Positions 32,419-43,566 are shown, numbered from the whole stretch's first letter. The stretch: DNA of 63,696 nt, filler included, from 14 parts of 14 records of this genome joined end to end with filler, not necessarily neighbours in it, one strand, 5' to 3'. Notes: generated by a model not told the origin, from the letters alone. Program-made: numbers and translations.

Positions 32419-35400
32419 TGTCGCGGTGTTTCCGCGCTGAGACCTAACCTGCGACGCTCCTGCTCATATATCCCTATCTCACTGGACTGCGAGTAGCGCT
32501 GGGGTTTGTTGCTGGAACTCGACCTCCACGGCTCGCCATAGTCAGGCACTTCGGCATCGAAATCCAGCACTGAACCGTCCGCAGTACCAAGCACAGGTCT
32601 AGAGATTTCGCAGTCCCAGTCATGTACAGAATCACCCACCGCAGAGGTTGCAGGGACAGCAGCAGCAGCATGTCGCCGTTGCTTGCGCTCAGTGCTCTGG
32701 CGTGCCACACACTCGAGGTACTGCTGCTGATCTCTGCTAAGTCGGCTTTCTTCTTGCGTGTCTGACTCTTCGAAAACACGCGCTGGAGCTTCGTCACGAT
32801 TGAATGAGCGAGCTGAACTAGGTGTGCCTCTGAAAAATTGTTCACGACTATGGCTAAGCTGTCGATGGGTCAGTGAACCGTGTTCTTGTCTAGGTTTGTC
32901 ATGCTCAGTCCGAACATGACTTGTTGCTTCACGAGCATCACGTTGTGACTCTTCTCGTGACGGTTTTGCCGTGTGGGCATCACGACGGTGTCGGCGAAAC
33001 ATTGTCTCAAACTCTCGAAACTGCAAATTCATGTTGTGGTTTCCATCCAGCTCATCGAACAGCCGCTCAAGCGCGGCTGGTGATAGGCCTAAGTCCAATC
33101 GCTTCATCGCCTTGACGAACTCCAAGTCGCTCAGTCCTGCACTTCCGTCACCGTCCATGGTGTCAAAGAGTTCGTCCTTGTTTGAAACACTGTGCCCATA
33201 GAGCTTGCGGTGCCCATGCATCAGGGCCTGCAAGAGAGTACGATTGACATGAATCATGTCGCGTTTTTTCATAGCTTGTCGGTGGTTCTGGCGAGCGACG
33301 TGGTGGTCTACATGTACTGAATCAGATAGGGTTTTCATGGCGTATTTCGATGCACGCATGCTTTCTGTCTGCAGGTGATCTTCTGAATCGGCAGGTGCGC
33401 TCGGCATCTGCCGAGAGGCGGCCAACTTGCGTAAATACTCGAGTGCCTGTTCTGCAAGCTGTTGGATCTCTTGGTCTTGTCCACCACCATGAACTTTGTC
33501 CATGGTCGCGGTCAAAGCACCAACCAATGTTTTACAGCGTTTGAGCAAAGCTGTGGCCCCTCCTGCGCCTAGTTCGCCTCCAATTGCTTTGTGTAAAAGT
33601 CTGTGTAGCAACATCACCACCGCAAGCGTTCCTTGCGACCCTTTGAGAGTTCGGCACCACCTTCCACGGCCAATCAGGCACTCAGCACACTGCGTAACAA
33701 GGTGCCCGAAGCACCGGGAACCTCCTGGCAAATTCGAGAGGCTCCGGAACACGCTGGAAACGCTCGCCACCGCTTCGGAATCAGAGGACCTGACGAGTGG
33801 CGGCAAAACGAAATCGAGCGACCAGAGCCAGTCCTGCTCGGCTCCGAGCGCAACAGCAAGCTTGGAGACAACGGATGCTGCCTCTTTCCTCAGCTTTGGC
33901 CGAGACTGCTCGATCGAACGAACCAACAACGGCAAGCACGTGTTCCGGATCCATGACGCAAGCTGTTTCAGCTGTGAAACGCTCAGCAACATAGGCACAG
34001 TAGTTCTCGCTGAGGCGAAATGGAGAGCCAGCTCAATTCCGTGCATGGTTCTGTTCAGATCTGTGACAGTCTCATTGAGCTCTTCTAAATCTCGCTCTAC
34101 ATCTGCAAGAGTTTTCTCGCGCTCACGAACTGCATCGTCATGCATGTCGGCAGCCGCATTATGTGCTGCTCGCTTCTGTTGATCCATAGTATCGTGAAAC
34201 CAGGATTCGAACTGATCGAACGTGATGTGCTCATCATGCACTCCCACATCATTGAAGACGGTATCGACAGTCGTGTCGCCAAGCCCTACTGCAGTCAGTT
34301 CGTTGCGAACATCCCGCAAAATACACTCTAGCCCAGGACGATCAAGCAGTAATGAAAGGGTTCCGTTAGCATCCGAGTCAAGCTGGTCCTGCAGTCGCTG
34401 TAGTTGCAGTTGCTTCTGGCACAGGTCATCTTCCACCCGCGCCTGGGGCCGCAACGCCGCGAGCTGGTCTGATATGTATGCACAGTCCGCGGCGTTGCCC
34501 TTCAGCTTCAACTTCATCGAGTCCTGGACCTCTTCCAGTGCCTTGGCTTGCTCACCACGTGACCTTAACCTATCTTGAAGGTCTTGCACTCGATCATTCA
34601 ATCCACAAATCTTCGCTTCAAGGTCTGCTGAAGCCAGTTCGTATTCCGCTGTGGACTCCACGAACGCTTGCTGTGCTGCTTCAGTTACTACATCGAGACG
34701 CGTAATATCATCACACACTTGTGCCTGTTGGCTTCGTAGCTGCTCAATCTTACGATTACTCTCGTGTATTGCACGGTTAATGCGCCGTTGCTCCTCAATA
34801 CAGTCCCGATTTTGAGCTCTCATATCCTCATTGCACTCACGTACAGTTTTCAATGATTCTTCAAGGTCCTGAATTTCTTCATCCACAGCCGCCTGGTCCT
34901 GAGCTTGCAGCAGGAGCTGGTCGAGTTCATGCTGTTTCTGACCTACCGCGACGTCCGTTTCACCCAGCGCAATTTTCAAAGCTTTTAAATCGACTTCTAC
35001 TGCCTGCCGTGGCCTCAACCGGTTGGCAACACCCCGCAAACGCTGAGCTTCTGATCTAACAGCATCAGCAAGGGCTTTGGCCTTGGCCAACGGTGCCTCA
35101 AGGTGCTTCATCTTCATGTCGTTTTCCTCCAAAGCATGATCGAGGTTTCGTAAGACGGCCTCTGTGTCGGCAATCACCTTTCCAGTATTGTTGCCAGAGC
35201 TCCCAAGAGCATCCAGAGCGGCCTCCACTTCGTTGCACTTCGCCTCGTGCTGTAACTCATCATCGCGGAGCTCCTGTAGCGCTGCACTTGCGTTTTTAAG
35301 TGTTTCCTGTCGAGCAGTCTTGTCTGCGAGTTGCGCTTCTGCGTCCGCAAGTTTCTGCGCCAGTGTTCCCAGATCACCATCCGAAGCAGCAATCAAATCT

Positions 35401-38078
35401 TGCTCTCGTTCGCACTGCTGAGTTGCGTCCTCAAGCTCCCGGAGCTGACGTTGGAGCACGTCTTTTGAATCCACAATCGCTGCTTCAGGCCTCGACTCCG
35501 CAATTAGAGCCAATGCAGAGTTCATTTTGGTTTGCAACGTGGCCATAGCATCTTGCTCAGTCGTGATTTGGTCGACTAGCCCCACAATCTCTGCAACTCG
35601 GGCCTTGGATGCAGTTTGAATCGACCGCAGCCGCTGCTCCAATTCAGCAATTGCCTTCGGGGAACCGGTGAGACCAATCTTTCGCATCTTGTCCTCGTAT
35701 TCCTGAAACTGGCTGGACATCATTTCTCGAATTTCCTGCATCTCAGCCTCTAGTTCCTTCTCAGCAACTAGAGCATCTGCTGAGAAACACATAGCACGAA
35801 GCCACCCGCAGAGTGGGCCTGCTGCAGACGAGGCATGCGCAATCTTTTCCTCCTTGAATGCTGGATTGGCAAGATAATGCCTGCTCTTCAGTAGTTTCAC
35901 TGCTTTCTTCGATATGGTTGCAGGATCCAGCCGGAGAACATCAGGCAAAAAGTGGGGGTCTTGCAGCTGCTTTCGGATCTGTTTCCATGCGGACGCAGCA
36001 CGCAGTTCTGTACTCATTCTCCGCTCACCTTTCACCGTCACACGTTTTCCGATAATCAGCATGACTGCCTCAAGCACAAGCTCTACGCCACTCGGGGGAT
36101 GTGGCAACGAACGCAGCTCCTCAAGTTGCAGCTTGTCTATGGCCTCCACAGCTTCCTGGGCTTTCGCCTGCATACGCTTGCCTTCTGCAATCTGCTCGTC
36201 TACCTTTGCCTGGCGTTCTTGTACTGGCGCGAGAGCGGCATCCAATGTTGCTTTAAGAAGGTCAGCCTCTGCTTGTGCTGCTGCTATATCAGCCCGCTCC
36301 GCTGCAATTGCGTCCACCAGCTGCTGCTTTTCCGCTTGGGCTTCATCTTCAGCATGCTGTAGCTCATCTCTGCGGCACTCCTGCGCCCCAATGGCAGTCT
36401 GTGCTGCTGATAGTTGTTCTGTAACATTCTGCTTGTCTTTCATATGCTGACGCACATTTGCCAGTTCCTCTTCAATATTCGCGAGCTCAGATGTTTTGTT
36501 CGTGTGCGTCTGGCGGAGCCGAGCGAGCTCTGACTCTAGGTCAGGCCTACTCCGCAGGTTGCTTGCACTCTGCAATAACTGCTCATGCTCATTTCGAAGT
36601 GTATCTACTCGAGCCATCCTATCAGCGATTGGGCTCTCCAATGCACGAAGTTCACGCGCGTACCCATCCAATTTCGATTGCACAGCTTTCGACCCCTTTC
36701 CTACTGGCGACAGATCCAGCGCACTAATTTGATCGCCTACCTTCGCACGCACTGTCTCGAGGAGCAAGCGGCTGTTCTCAAGCTCCCGCTGAAGCTTTGC
36801 AGCTTCTTTGCTCCCCTCACTTTGTGATTTCTGCGCATCTGCGAGAACCTTTCGCGCTCGATTTTCTGCTGCCAGCGCATCATCCCTAGCCTCTTCAAGC
36901 ATTTCGACCTTGTGCTTCTCAGCAGCAAGCTCTGCGTCTGCGTCTGTCAGCTTCACATCCTGGTTGGACTTATCTGCCAGCGCTGTCTGGATAGCCACAA
37001 GTTCTGCCTCGCAGTCTGCGATCTCCTGTCGCGTGCCGTCGCCTTCTTGTTGCAGTAGGACTAGCTCTCCTTGCGCCTCCTCAGGAGGCCGGAAACCCTG
37101 ACCGACAGCTCGCTTCCGGCGGCGTAGCTCAGCTAGAACGCCCTGCTGGTCCTTCTCGCACGCCTCTTCACACTCAATTGCGTGGTCACGATGCAGCTTG
37201 TCAGCTGCTAGCATTGCAGCGTCGGCTTGCAGCGCCGTCAACGACTCACCAAGCGCGCTTTCCTGCTTCTTTAATGCGTCTAGCTCATCCTGGAGCGGCA
37301 GATGCTTGGCCTTGAACTCGAGTTCGTCTGCTTCGTGCTTACTCTGCATTCGCTGGAGGTCAGCCGACTTTCGACGCTTGTCTGCTTCAGCAACTCGCAA
37401 AGAGTCACGGACACGCGCGATTTCGGCTTTGTCTACGTCATCTTCCGCATGCATTGCCTCAAGTCGCGCATCTAGTGCTGCGAGATCACGCTGCGTTTGG
37501 TCCTCTCTGGCTCGCAGCTCAGCGAGTTCCTTTGCGTTGCTGGTGATGGTAGCGAGCTCAGCTTCAAGCGTGTGAATCCCAGCAGCAATTTGCCCTCCTT
37601 CAGCCGCTTTCCGGTGCGCCGCAAGCTCATGCTCGTGCTGCAGAGCCCTGGAGATCTCCTCCTCACGCGCTTCCAGCTCCGCGGCGTGCGCTGCCGCTTC
37701 GTCACGCCCGAGCGCTTCCAGTGCCGACTGCGCCGCCATCTTCTGGCGCCAGTCCACAACTTCGCCGCGAAGCTTTGCAAGCTCTCCCTGACGTTTGGCC
37801 AGGCGTGACACAGTGTCCTCGCGCGTTTCTTCGAGGACCGCCATCTCCTCCTTCGCCGCGCGTACATCCGCAGCAGAGCCCACACGCCCGAGGAACTGCA
37901 GCGCCTCCATCTGCACAACACACCGGAGACTAAGCGCACACGCAGTACCACACGCAACGTTGGCACGGACCTGCCGCTCCCAGGTGCTGCGGGTGGTCCG
38001 AAGCGCCAGCGTTTCCGCCACCCATCGCAGCGTCTCGCGCGGCAGCGTCGCTGCGCTCTCGTCGCTCCCCATCGCCAT
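32415..38078 (-). CDS. Giant coiled-coil protein with an isolated dynein stalk microtubule-binding domain, HEAT-like region and EF-hands
   Basis: IDKLQLEELRSLPHPPSGVELVLEAV..WKQIRKQL..F..ASSAAGPLCGWLRA matches the dynein MTBD (about 35780-36150). No AAA/Walker motifs. EF-hands DGDGSAGLSDLE and DGNHNMNLQFRE. Probable in-frame intron 37911-37970. Confidence 0.82.
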   Translation of the reverse strand: MAMGSDESAATLPRETLRWVAETLALRTTRSTWERQVRANVACGTACALSLRCVVQMEALQFLGRVGSAADVRAAKEEMAVLEETREDTVSRLAKRQGELAKLRGEVVDWRQKMAAQSALEALGRDEAAAHAAELEAREEEISRALQHEHELAAHRKAAEGGQIAAGIHTLEAELATITSNAKELAELRAREDQTQRDLAALDARLEAMHAEDDVDKAEIARVRDSLRVAEADKRRKSADLQRMQSKHEADELEFKAKHLPLQDELDALKKQESALGESLTALQADAAMLAADKLHRDHAIECEEACEKDQQGVLAELRRRKRAVGQGFRPPEEAQGELVLLQQEGDGTRQEIADCEAELVAIQTALADKSNQDVKLTDADAELAAEKHKVEMLEEARDDALAAENRARKVLADAQKSQSEGSKEAAKLQRELENSRLLLETVRAKVGDQISALDLSPVGKGSKAVQSKLDGYARELRALESPIADRMARVDTLRNEHEQLLQSASNLRSRPDLESELARLRQTHTNKTSELANIEEELANVRQHMKDKQNVTEQLSAAQTAIGAQECRRDELQHAEDEAQAEKQQLVDAIAAERADIAAAQAEADLLKATLDAALAPVQERQAKVDEQIAEGKRMQAKAQEAVEAIDKLQLEELRSLPHPPSGVELVLEAVMLIIGKRVTVKGERRMSTELRAASAWKQIRKQLQDPHFLPDVLRLDPATISKKAVKLLKSRHYLANPAFKEEKIAHASSAAGPLCGWLRAMCFSADALVAEKELEAEMQEIREMMSSQFQEYEDKMRKIGLTGSPKAIAELEQRLRSIQTASKARVAEIVGLVDQITTEQDAMATLQTKMNSALALIAESRPEAAIVDSKDVLQRQLRELEDATQQCEREQDLIAASDGDLGTLAQKLADAEAQLADKTARQETLKNASAALQELRDDELQHEAKCNEVEAALDALGSSGNNTGKVIADTEAVLRNLDHALEENDMKMKHLEAPLAKAKALADAVRSEAQRLRGVANRLRPRQAVEVDLKALKIALGETDVAVGQKQHELDQLLLQAQDQAAVDEEIQDLEESLKTVRECNEDMRAQNRDCIEEQRRINRAIHESNRKIEQLRSQQAQVCDDITRLDVVTEAAQQAFVESTAEYELASADLEAKICGLNDRVQDLQDRLRSRGEQAKALEEVQDSMKLKLKGNAADCAYISDQLAALRPQARVEDDLCQKQLQLQRLQDQLDSDANGTLSLLLDRPGLECILRDVRNELTAVGLGDTTVDTVFNDVGVHDEHITFDQFESWFHDTMDQQKRAAHNAAADMHDDAVREREKTLADVERDLEELNETVTDLNRTMHGIELALHFASARTTVPMLLSVSQLKQLASWIRNTCLPLLVRSIEQSRPKLRKEAASVVSKLAVALGAEQDWLWSLDFVLPPLVRSSDSEAVASVSSVFRSLSNLPGGSRCFGHLVTQCAECLIGRGRWCRTLKGSQGTLAVVMLLHRLLHKAIGGELGAGGATALLKRCKTLVGALTATMDKVHGGGQDQEIQQLAEQALEYLRKLAASRQMPSAPADSEDHLQTESMRASKYAMKTLSDSVHVDHHVARQNHRQAMKKRDMIHVNRTLLQALMHGHRKLYGHSVSNKDELFDTMDGDGSAGLSDLEFVKAMKRLDLGLSPAALERLFDELDGNHNMNLQFREFETMFRRHRRDAHTAKPSREESQRDAREATSHVRTEHDKPRQEHGSLTHRQLSHSREQFFRGTPSSARSFNRDEAPARVFEESDTQEESRLSRDQQQYLECVARQSTERKQRRHAAAAVPATSAVGDSVHDWDCEISRPVLGTADGSVLDFDAEVPDYGEPWRSSSSNKPQRYSQSSEIGIYEQERRRLGLSAETPRH

Positions 38079-38531
38079 GTCGCTTGTTGGGAGCACGAGC
38101 ACACGCGCCGTCCCTCCGACAACAGAGCTGTACACGCAGCAAGGTCGCTTCACCCGCCCCTGGCTGCGCTCACGCCGCTCCACNNNNNNNNNNNNNNNNN
38201 NNNNNNNNNNNNNNNNNNNNNNNNNNNTTAATTAATTAANNNNNNNNNNNNNNNNNNNNNNNNNNNNNNNNNNNNNNNNNNNNCCAGCACTTCTTGTGTC
38301 AAAAAGTACCGCGTTTGACTCAGTTGCAACCTGGGTACTGCGGCTTGGTCGGGACGGACACATCGGGTCCTGAGTGGGTCTCGTGCTGTGCGATGCCCGC
38401 CGCGCGCGGGGGTACATACATATACTCGCGTACGCGCCACGCACGCACGCAAGGCCACGTGCAGCGGCGTAGCATCGCAGCTGGAGCCGTGCGCGTGCCG
38501 CGGGGCACACGGCGCTCCTGATGACAATTTG

Positions 38532-40556
38532 ATGAAAGTCCAGATGTTGTTGTTGATGTTGCTAATGATGGATGGGCGTGCCGTTGTGACGGCCGACCCA
38601 TGTGCCTGCATCCCATGCGACAGGAGCAGCCCGGAGCCTGGGAACGACCATTGCGGCCCCGCATGGCTGCATCAGGGTACCAGCTCAGGGTGTGGACCGA
38701 CTGTGGGAAACCCCAATCTTGGATGCTACACCAACTGTTCTGCAGTCTGCGAGTGTCGTGGAGGATCAATCGGCACGTGCTCACCACCGGCGCCGGCACC
38801 GGCGCCAGGATCGTGCGCGCTGAAGCCTGGGGCGCCAGCATCGTATAAGCCTGTCTGCGAGGCTGAAAAGACGTACGTTAACTGTACCAAGCTTAGCCTA
38901 ACATGCGTGTGGGTCCAGCCAAAGCCTCCTCCCGCGCCCCCAGCCCCGTGCAACGGGCATGGCTCCGAGATAGGCGCGCCGCCCCGATGCAGCTGCGACG
39001 TGGGATGGGCTGGCGCGAACTGCACGAAAGAACTGCCGTGTGGCGTGCACCCTGGGTACTGTAAGCTCAAAGCTGGGCAACCACCACAATACGAACCACT
39101 CTGCGCCAACGCATCTTTCAACAAATCGCAGTGCGACCGCCTCCAGATGACGTGTGGCTGGAAAATGCCTTCCCCTGCGGGTCGGCCTTGCCCGCTCAAG
39201 TTCAGTCCTGCCGACCTAACTGGCTTGTGGACAGGCTATGGGACGCAGGCCAAGGCCTTGTTCTGGGCCCAGACTGTAACTGCTGGACCTCCTGGGAGCG
39301 TGTGCAACGACGGTGGGGATGGAGCATGCTACCGGATTCAATGCATCGTGGGCAACTACAGTGCTTTGCCACAGAATGGGGCAAATGCGATGCTAATCTT
39401 TGGGACTGGTTGTCCCTGGGCCTCGACCACGTGCACCTTTGACAGCTCGGGACCCCTTGACAGCTCGGGGTCGCGTAATATCGTGTGCAATTTTGGAGGC
39501 CGGGATGGCTTTGACAAGGAGGCTGCTGTTTCCGCTGATGGGACTGTCATCGGAGCGGCCCCAAACTATCCTGATTCTGGATTAGGACTGCATCGCTTCA
39601 CCGGTGCGATGACAGGCCTCTGGGCTGCTGTCAATGACACTGTCAACCGAACCACCGACATATATCTCATTGGACATGATTGGGTGGACAATAGCATCAG
39701 CGTCTACAACTTCCCGGCCACTTCTGACGTGGTTGGCGCCTGGCAGTATGCCACTGGCTCTGCTATTCCAACCTCTACTGGTGCTCTATCGACAGCCACA
39801 GTCAACCTGGCGTTTAATTCGCAGTCAGGCATAGGCACCAAGCACGGCCTGCTCAATGCGGAAGGCAACGCAATCACGAACGGAGAATTAGATGGGGGCC
39901 TGGGTGGCTGGACCAAGCGCACTGGGATGTGCGATGGTGCTGCTGGCTGCTCGGGCCGCCAGCGGCTTCCGACGAACCATCTCGGCGGCTATCGCAACGT
40001 GCGGTATGCTAGTACCGATTGCAAAGGCACATCGCAGGCGCGTGACTTTGAACTGACTGATTCGTGCCTTGACTACGGCATTGCAGGGGCAAAGTTTGGG
40101 TATAACTACAGCTCAGGCAATCTTACCGTACATGTGTTCGATGGGAGCGATTGTCCGTGTGGCGACTACACCCCTGTGAATCCGTGGAGCGGTGGTGGTG
40201 GCGACTGCACGTGCCCCGCTTCGCGCTGTGCTACGAAAGCCACCCACTATCTGCAGTATCATGCACTCTTTGGTATGAACGAGACCACAGCACCATGCGC
40301 ACCTGTTATGCACGAGACGGTACAAGGCTGTGGCACGGGCGACACGCCTTCAATCTGCAAAACCCAGCGCTGGTTCCCAACGCCTGTTGAGGATAAGACC
40401 GCGTGCTCGCTCGAACTCGACAGGCTTTGTTCCACGGAGAAGGCACAAGGAGCCAACGCGTGCGAAGCATGCGCGAATATCGCAGATCATTGGAACAAGC
40501 TGCACGTTGTTGGCTGCACAGACTCCTTGCTTGTGGGTATGTGTGCCTCTTTTTAG
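38532..40556 (+). CDS. Secreted cysteine-rich protein with EGF-like module and Pro-rich linkers
   Basis: Signal-peptide-like MKVQMLLLMLLM, CNGHG..CSCDVGWAGANC, and two copies of CxLKxGxP..YxPxC..CxW. Confidence 0.75.
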   Translation: MKVQMLLLMLLMMDGRAVVTADPCACIPCDRSSPEPGNDHCGPAWLHQGTSSGCGPTVGNPNLGCYTNCSAVCECRGGSIGTCSPPAPAPAPGSCALKPGAPASYKPVCEAEKTYVNCTKLSLTCVWVQPKPPPAPPAPCNGHGSEIGAPPRCSCDVGWAGANCTKELPCGVHPGYCKLKAGQPPQYEPLCANASFNKSQCDRLQMTCGWKMPSPAGRPCPLKFSPADLTGLWTGYGTQAKALFWAQTVTAGPPGSVCNDGGDGACYRIQCIVGNYSALPQNGANAMLIFGTGCPWASTTCTFDSSGPLDSSGSRNIVCNFGGRDGFDKEAAVSADGTVIGAAPNYPDSGLGLHRFTGAMTGLWAAVNDTVNRTTDIYLIGHDWVDNSISVYNFPATSDVVGAWQYATGSAIPTSTGALSTATVNLAFNSQSGIGTKHGLLNAEGNAITNGELDGGLGGWTKRTGMCDGAAGCSGRQRLPTNHLGGYRNVRYASTDCKGTSQARDFELTDSCLDYGIAGAKFGYNYSSGNLTVHVFDGSDCPCGDYTPVNPWSGGGGDCTCPASRCATKATHYLQYHALFGMNETTAPCAPVMHETVQGCGTGDTPSICKTQRWFPTPVEDKTACSLELDRLCSTEKAQGANACEACANIADHWNKLHVVGCTDSLLVGMCASF

Positions 40557-41393
40557 GGCTAGAAATTTCAACTACTTAGTGGTTGTTTCGTTTGACCTCA
40601 AACGGTTCTAAATGAAATGGCGTCGGAGATCATTAGAATCCATGAATCGCGTTCCATGCATGACTCGCGCTGCAAAACCAGTCAGGATTGAACATGGAAT
40701 GCATTCACAAATGCGATTCTGCAGACAGTCTCGATCGTCCATGCATTTACAATAGGGATTTCAAATAGTGTCCTGATGTAAGGACTCGGCATCGCTCGGG
40801 CCACCAATGGAGAACCCTGGATTGTACGCGATGTTCTCCGGCACAACGGAGGAACTGGCGCAGAAGTACGCGAGTCTCGCATATAGTATGACGGTGGCGC
40901 AATTCAGTACTAGGTCTACTAGTAGTACAGCCGTATTCACATTCAAACTGAATTCCTGCATGACAATTTCAGGCACGCGGCCAGGAACGCACGTCGGGCC
41001 CATGGGCCCAACCACTGGTGGAGGTGGAGCTGCCCGAACCCCTCCCACTCCGAGCCACTGACCCTCTCGGTCGCGTACTGGGATGCCCAGACGGAGAGAA
41101 GTAGCGGCTGCGAAGTTTTTTAAAATCGGACACTTCGGGTTCCGCGGATTACGGCGCCAGACACCCTCGGAGAGTGTCCGGCGCTGTTTGCCCGTCCACA
41201 AGTGCGTATGTCCGCATCATCAGCAACACATAGGCGATATGAAGCAAGCAGCAGTTGCAGCTGCTGCAAATGTTTGAGGTGTGCGGTTTGCCTNNNNNNN
41301 NNNNNNNNNNNNNNNNNNNNNNNNNNNNNNNNNNNNNTTAATTAATTAANNNNNNNNNNNNNNNNNNNNNNNNNNNNNNNNNNNNNNNNNNNN

Positions 41394-43566
41394 GCAGCAG
41401 CAGCAGCAGCAGCAGCAGCAATAGCCACGTTTCCACCGTCGGGACCACCAGCAGTGATGCTGTCTGGTGCGTCTTCGGCCTCTTGTTCAATCGATTGTTC
41501 TAACTCAGCCCAAGCTGCCTGCGCGGTATCCCAGTCCACATCTGCCGATGCTGCCCCTGCTGCCGTCCCTCTTGAGTCTAATGATGGAGCTGTTGCATCA
41601 GCCTTTCGTTGCCACTCTTGCTCACACGTCGGTGGTCGGCTGTTAGTTTGCAGCCGCATAGGGTAGAGTCCGGGCAATAAGAAGACCGTGGCTCCCACTT
41701 CTACGGTGGTCTCTTCGCCTCTCCGCAACAGCTGCAACCTCGTCCCGTCACGTGACACAGCTGATGCATTGACACCGGTAGACCTAATGCACACCTACCA
41801 CCAAACATGATATCTCATGCATTTCTACATGGGTGCACAGCAATGGAGATTTGATAGCAAACCTGATCATGTCGTTGCTCTTCTCCATCGGCGGCAGATT
41901 TCTGGACTTGCCGTACACGGAGTTGGTCATGTGAGACACGGCGGTCAGTGGCTAATCCAGGCATCAGCCTGCGCCACAAAAGATATCTCAGTGAAATTGT
42001 CGCAAGTCTGTCTTGGGAAACCACTAACATCTGCGTTTTCCACGACCCAAAACTTTAAAACAAAATACCGATCGCACTGGCCGTTGCAGCTGCCTCGACC
42101 CAACACCAGCTCACCTGGGCAACGAAACATGGTAGTACATGGACAGCATCTCAGTCTGTGTCATCAAGACGACATTTAAGTCTACGGACGCAAGTTGGTA
42201 TTTGCAGGCCTTACTGGTTGTGGTGTTCCCATCGGTTGCTGGCAGGGAAGCAGGGACTGCAATGCAAACGGGGGCAGCAGTTGCGCACAACGGCTGGCCA
42301 CAAGGACGTAATACTAGTTGACTATCAGTGGAGCCAACTGGCAATCTTGCCGCGCCTTTTCCTACCCCTGCTGTCACAGCTGGCGTCTTTGCCACCTCCT
42401 CTTTTTTAACAGATGCTGCTGTTTCCCCCTGTTTTTGTGCACCCTTGCGCGAGCGCATGGGCTTGAAGAAGTTCTGAACGGTGTTCTTAGCTCCAAGCGA
42501 GAGTTCAGCTGTACAGTCGGGCCCCTGGTACCGTGCACTGTTGAGCTCGCGGGTTACTGGATACCACGCGAGCTTAGGCGAATCGCATCCGATGTAGAGA
42601 TTGCTCAGCGCTGCGATGCTAGCGCCATCGTCCACTGTCGCGCTGAGCCACTGCTGAACTTTCTGATTCGTGTCCAAGATAACTGGCATGCGGTTGTGGA
42701 GCCATCGAAGCTTCTCAGATGGCTCAGTGGTGAGGATAGTACAAGTGTACAGTGGGGTCTCGGGGTCATCCTTGTGGCGCCAGGTATCGTAAAGTCCGGC
42801 GAAGTACATTGGTGATGAGCTACCTTTGAAGTGAACATAATATCCCTGCTTGTAGCTCTTGGGCCCAGTGAATACTCCAGGCGCACGGCCTGCGACCTCC
42901 TTGAATTCATAGAACCCCGACGAGATAATAACGCACTGCTTTCGTCCGACAAGCCGCTTTTGCGACTTCACGCCGTCCTCACACCGCGCATTGAACATTT
43001 GAAAGTGAGCTCCAGAGCCTGGGGGCTCCTTCTTGTAATGCGGATATAGGCCCCACTTCATTGTCTGCAGCACAACGTGCTGCTGTGCTGCGTCGTTCAC
43101 GTCGCTTGATGAGCGACTACGGAGGCGCATCACCGGCAGCCATGCGCCCGGTTGTGCGTTCGGCCTGGGCTCATACTTGTCTTGGTCTACCCAGTCCAGC
43201 CACTCGCCACCGGCGGTGTCGGACGGCCGTGCGTCGTCGCTGCTACCGCCCACAGCAACCACGCTACCGTTCGCAGCGCTAGCTGCTGGACACGCAAATC
43301 GAAGGTGAGAACAGTGAGACTGGCAGTCATGACAGAGCCCTAGAAAGTGCTGCGCAGGGAACGTTTCCCCAATTTGCAAGAAATCACTACGTAAATGTGA
43401 GTTGAAACTAACCTGCGCTGCCGCTGCTGCTGCTGGCCGAGGAGGCGGGCGGGGGGTGAGAGCGGCTCGGGAGAAGTGATCCGCCCTGCAGCGAGGTCGT
43501 CGCGGCTCGCATGGTCGCGCCAGCGCTCAGATTTGATGCAGACCGACCACATCCACCCTTGCCCAT
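41394..43566 (-). CDS. HMCES: SRAP/HMCES abasic-site protein fused to a PNKP/aprataxin-type FHA domain, 5 exons; 3'-partial
   Basis: SRAP motifs CGR, MKWGL.P, FNARCE, GFYEF, FAGLYDTW, TILTT and WLHNRMPVIL. Introns 43286-43412, 42115-42214, 41969-42068 and 41795-41862 keep frame and build LVLGRG..TDRRVSHDQ..STGVNAS..VGATVFLLPGLYP. Confidence 0.82.

Noticed and set aside
425-43566. DNA-repair gene cluster (XPB + HMCES-FHA), or a CAZyme cluster
   Set aside because: The genes lie on different contigs, so co-occurrence in the window is an artefact of concatenation
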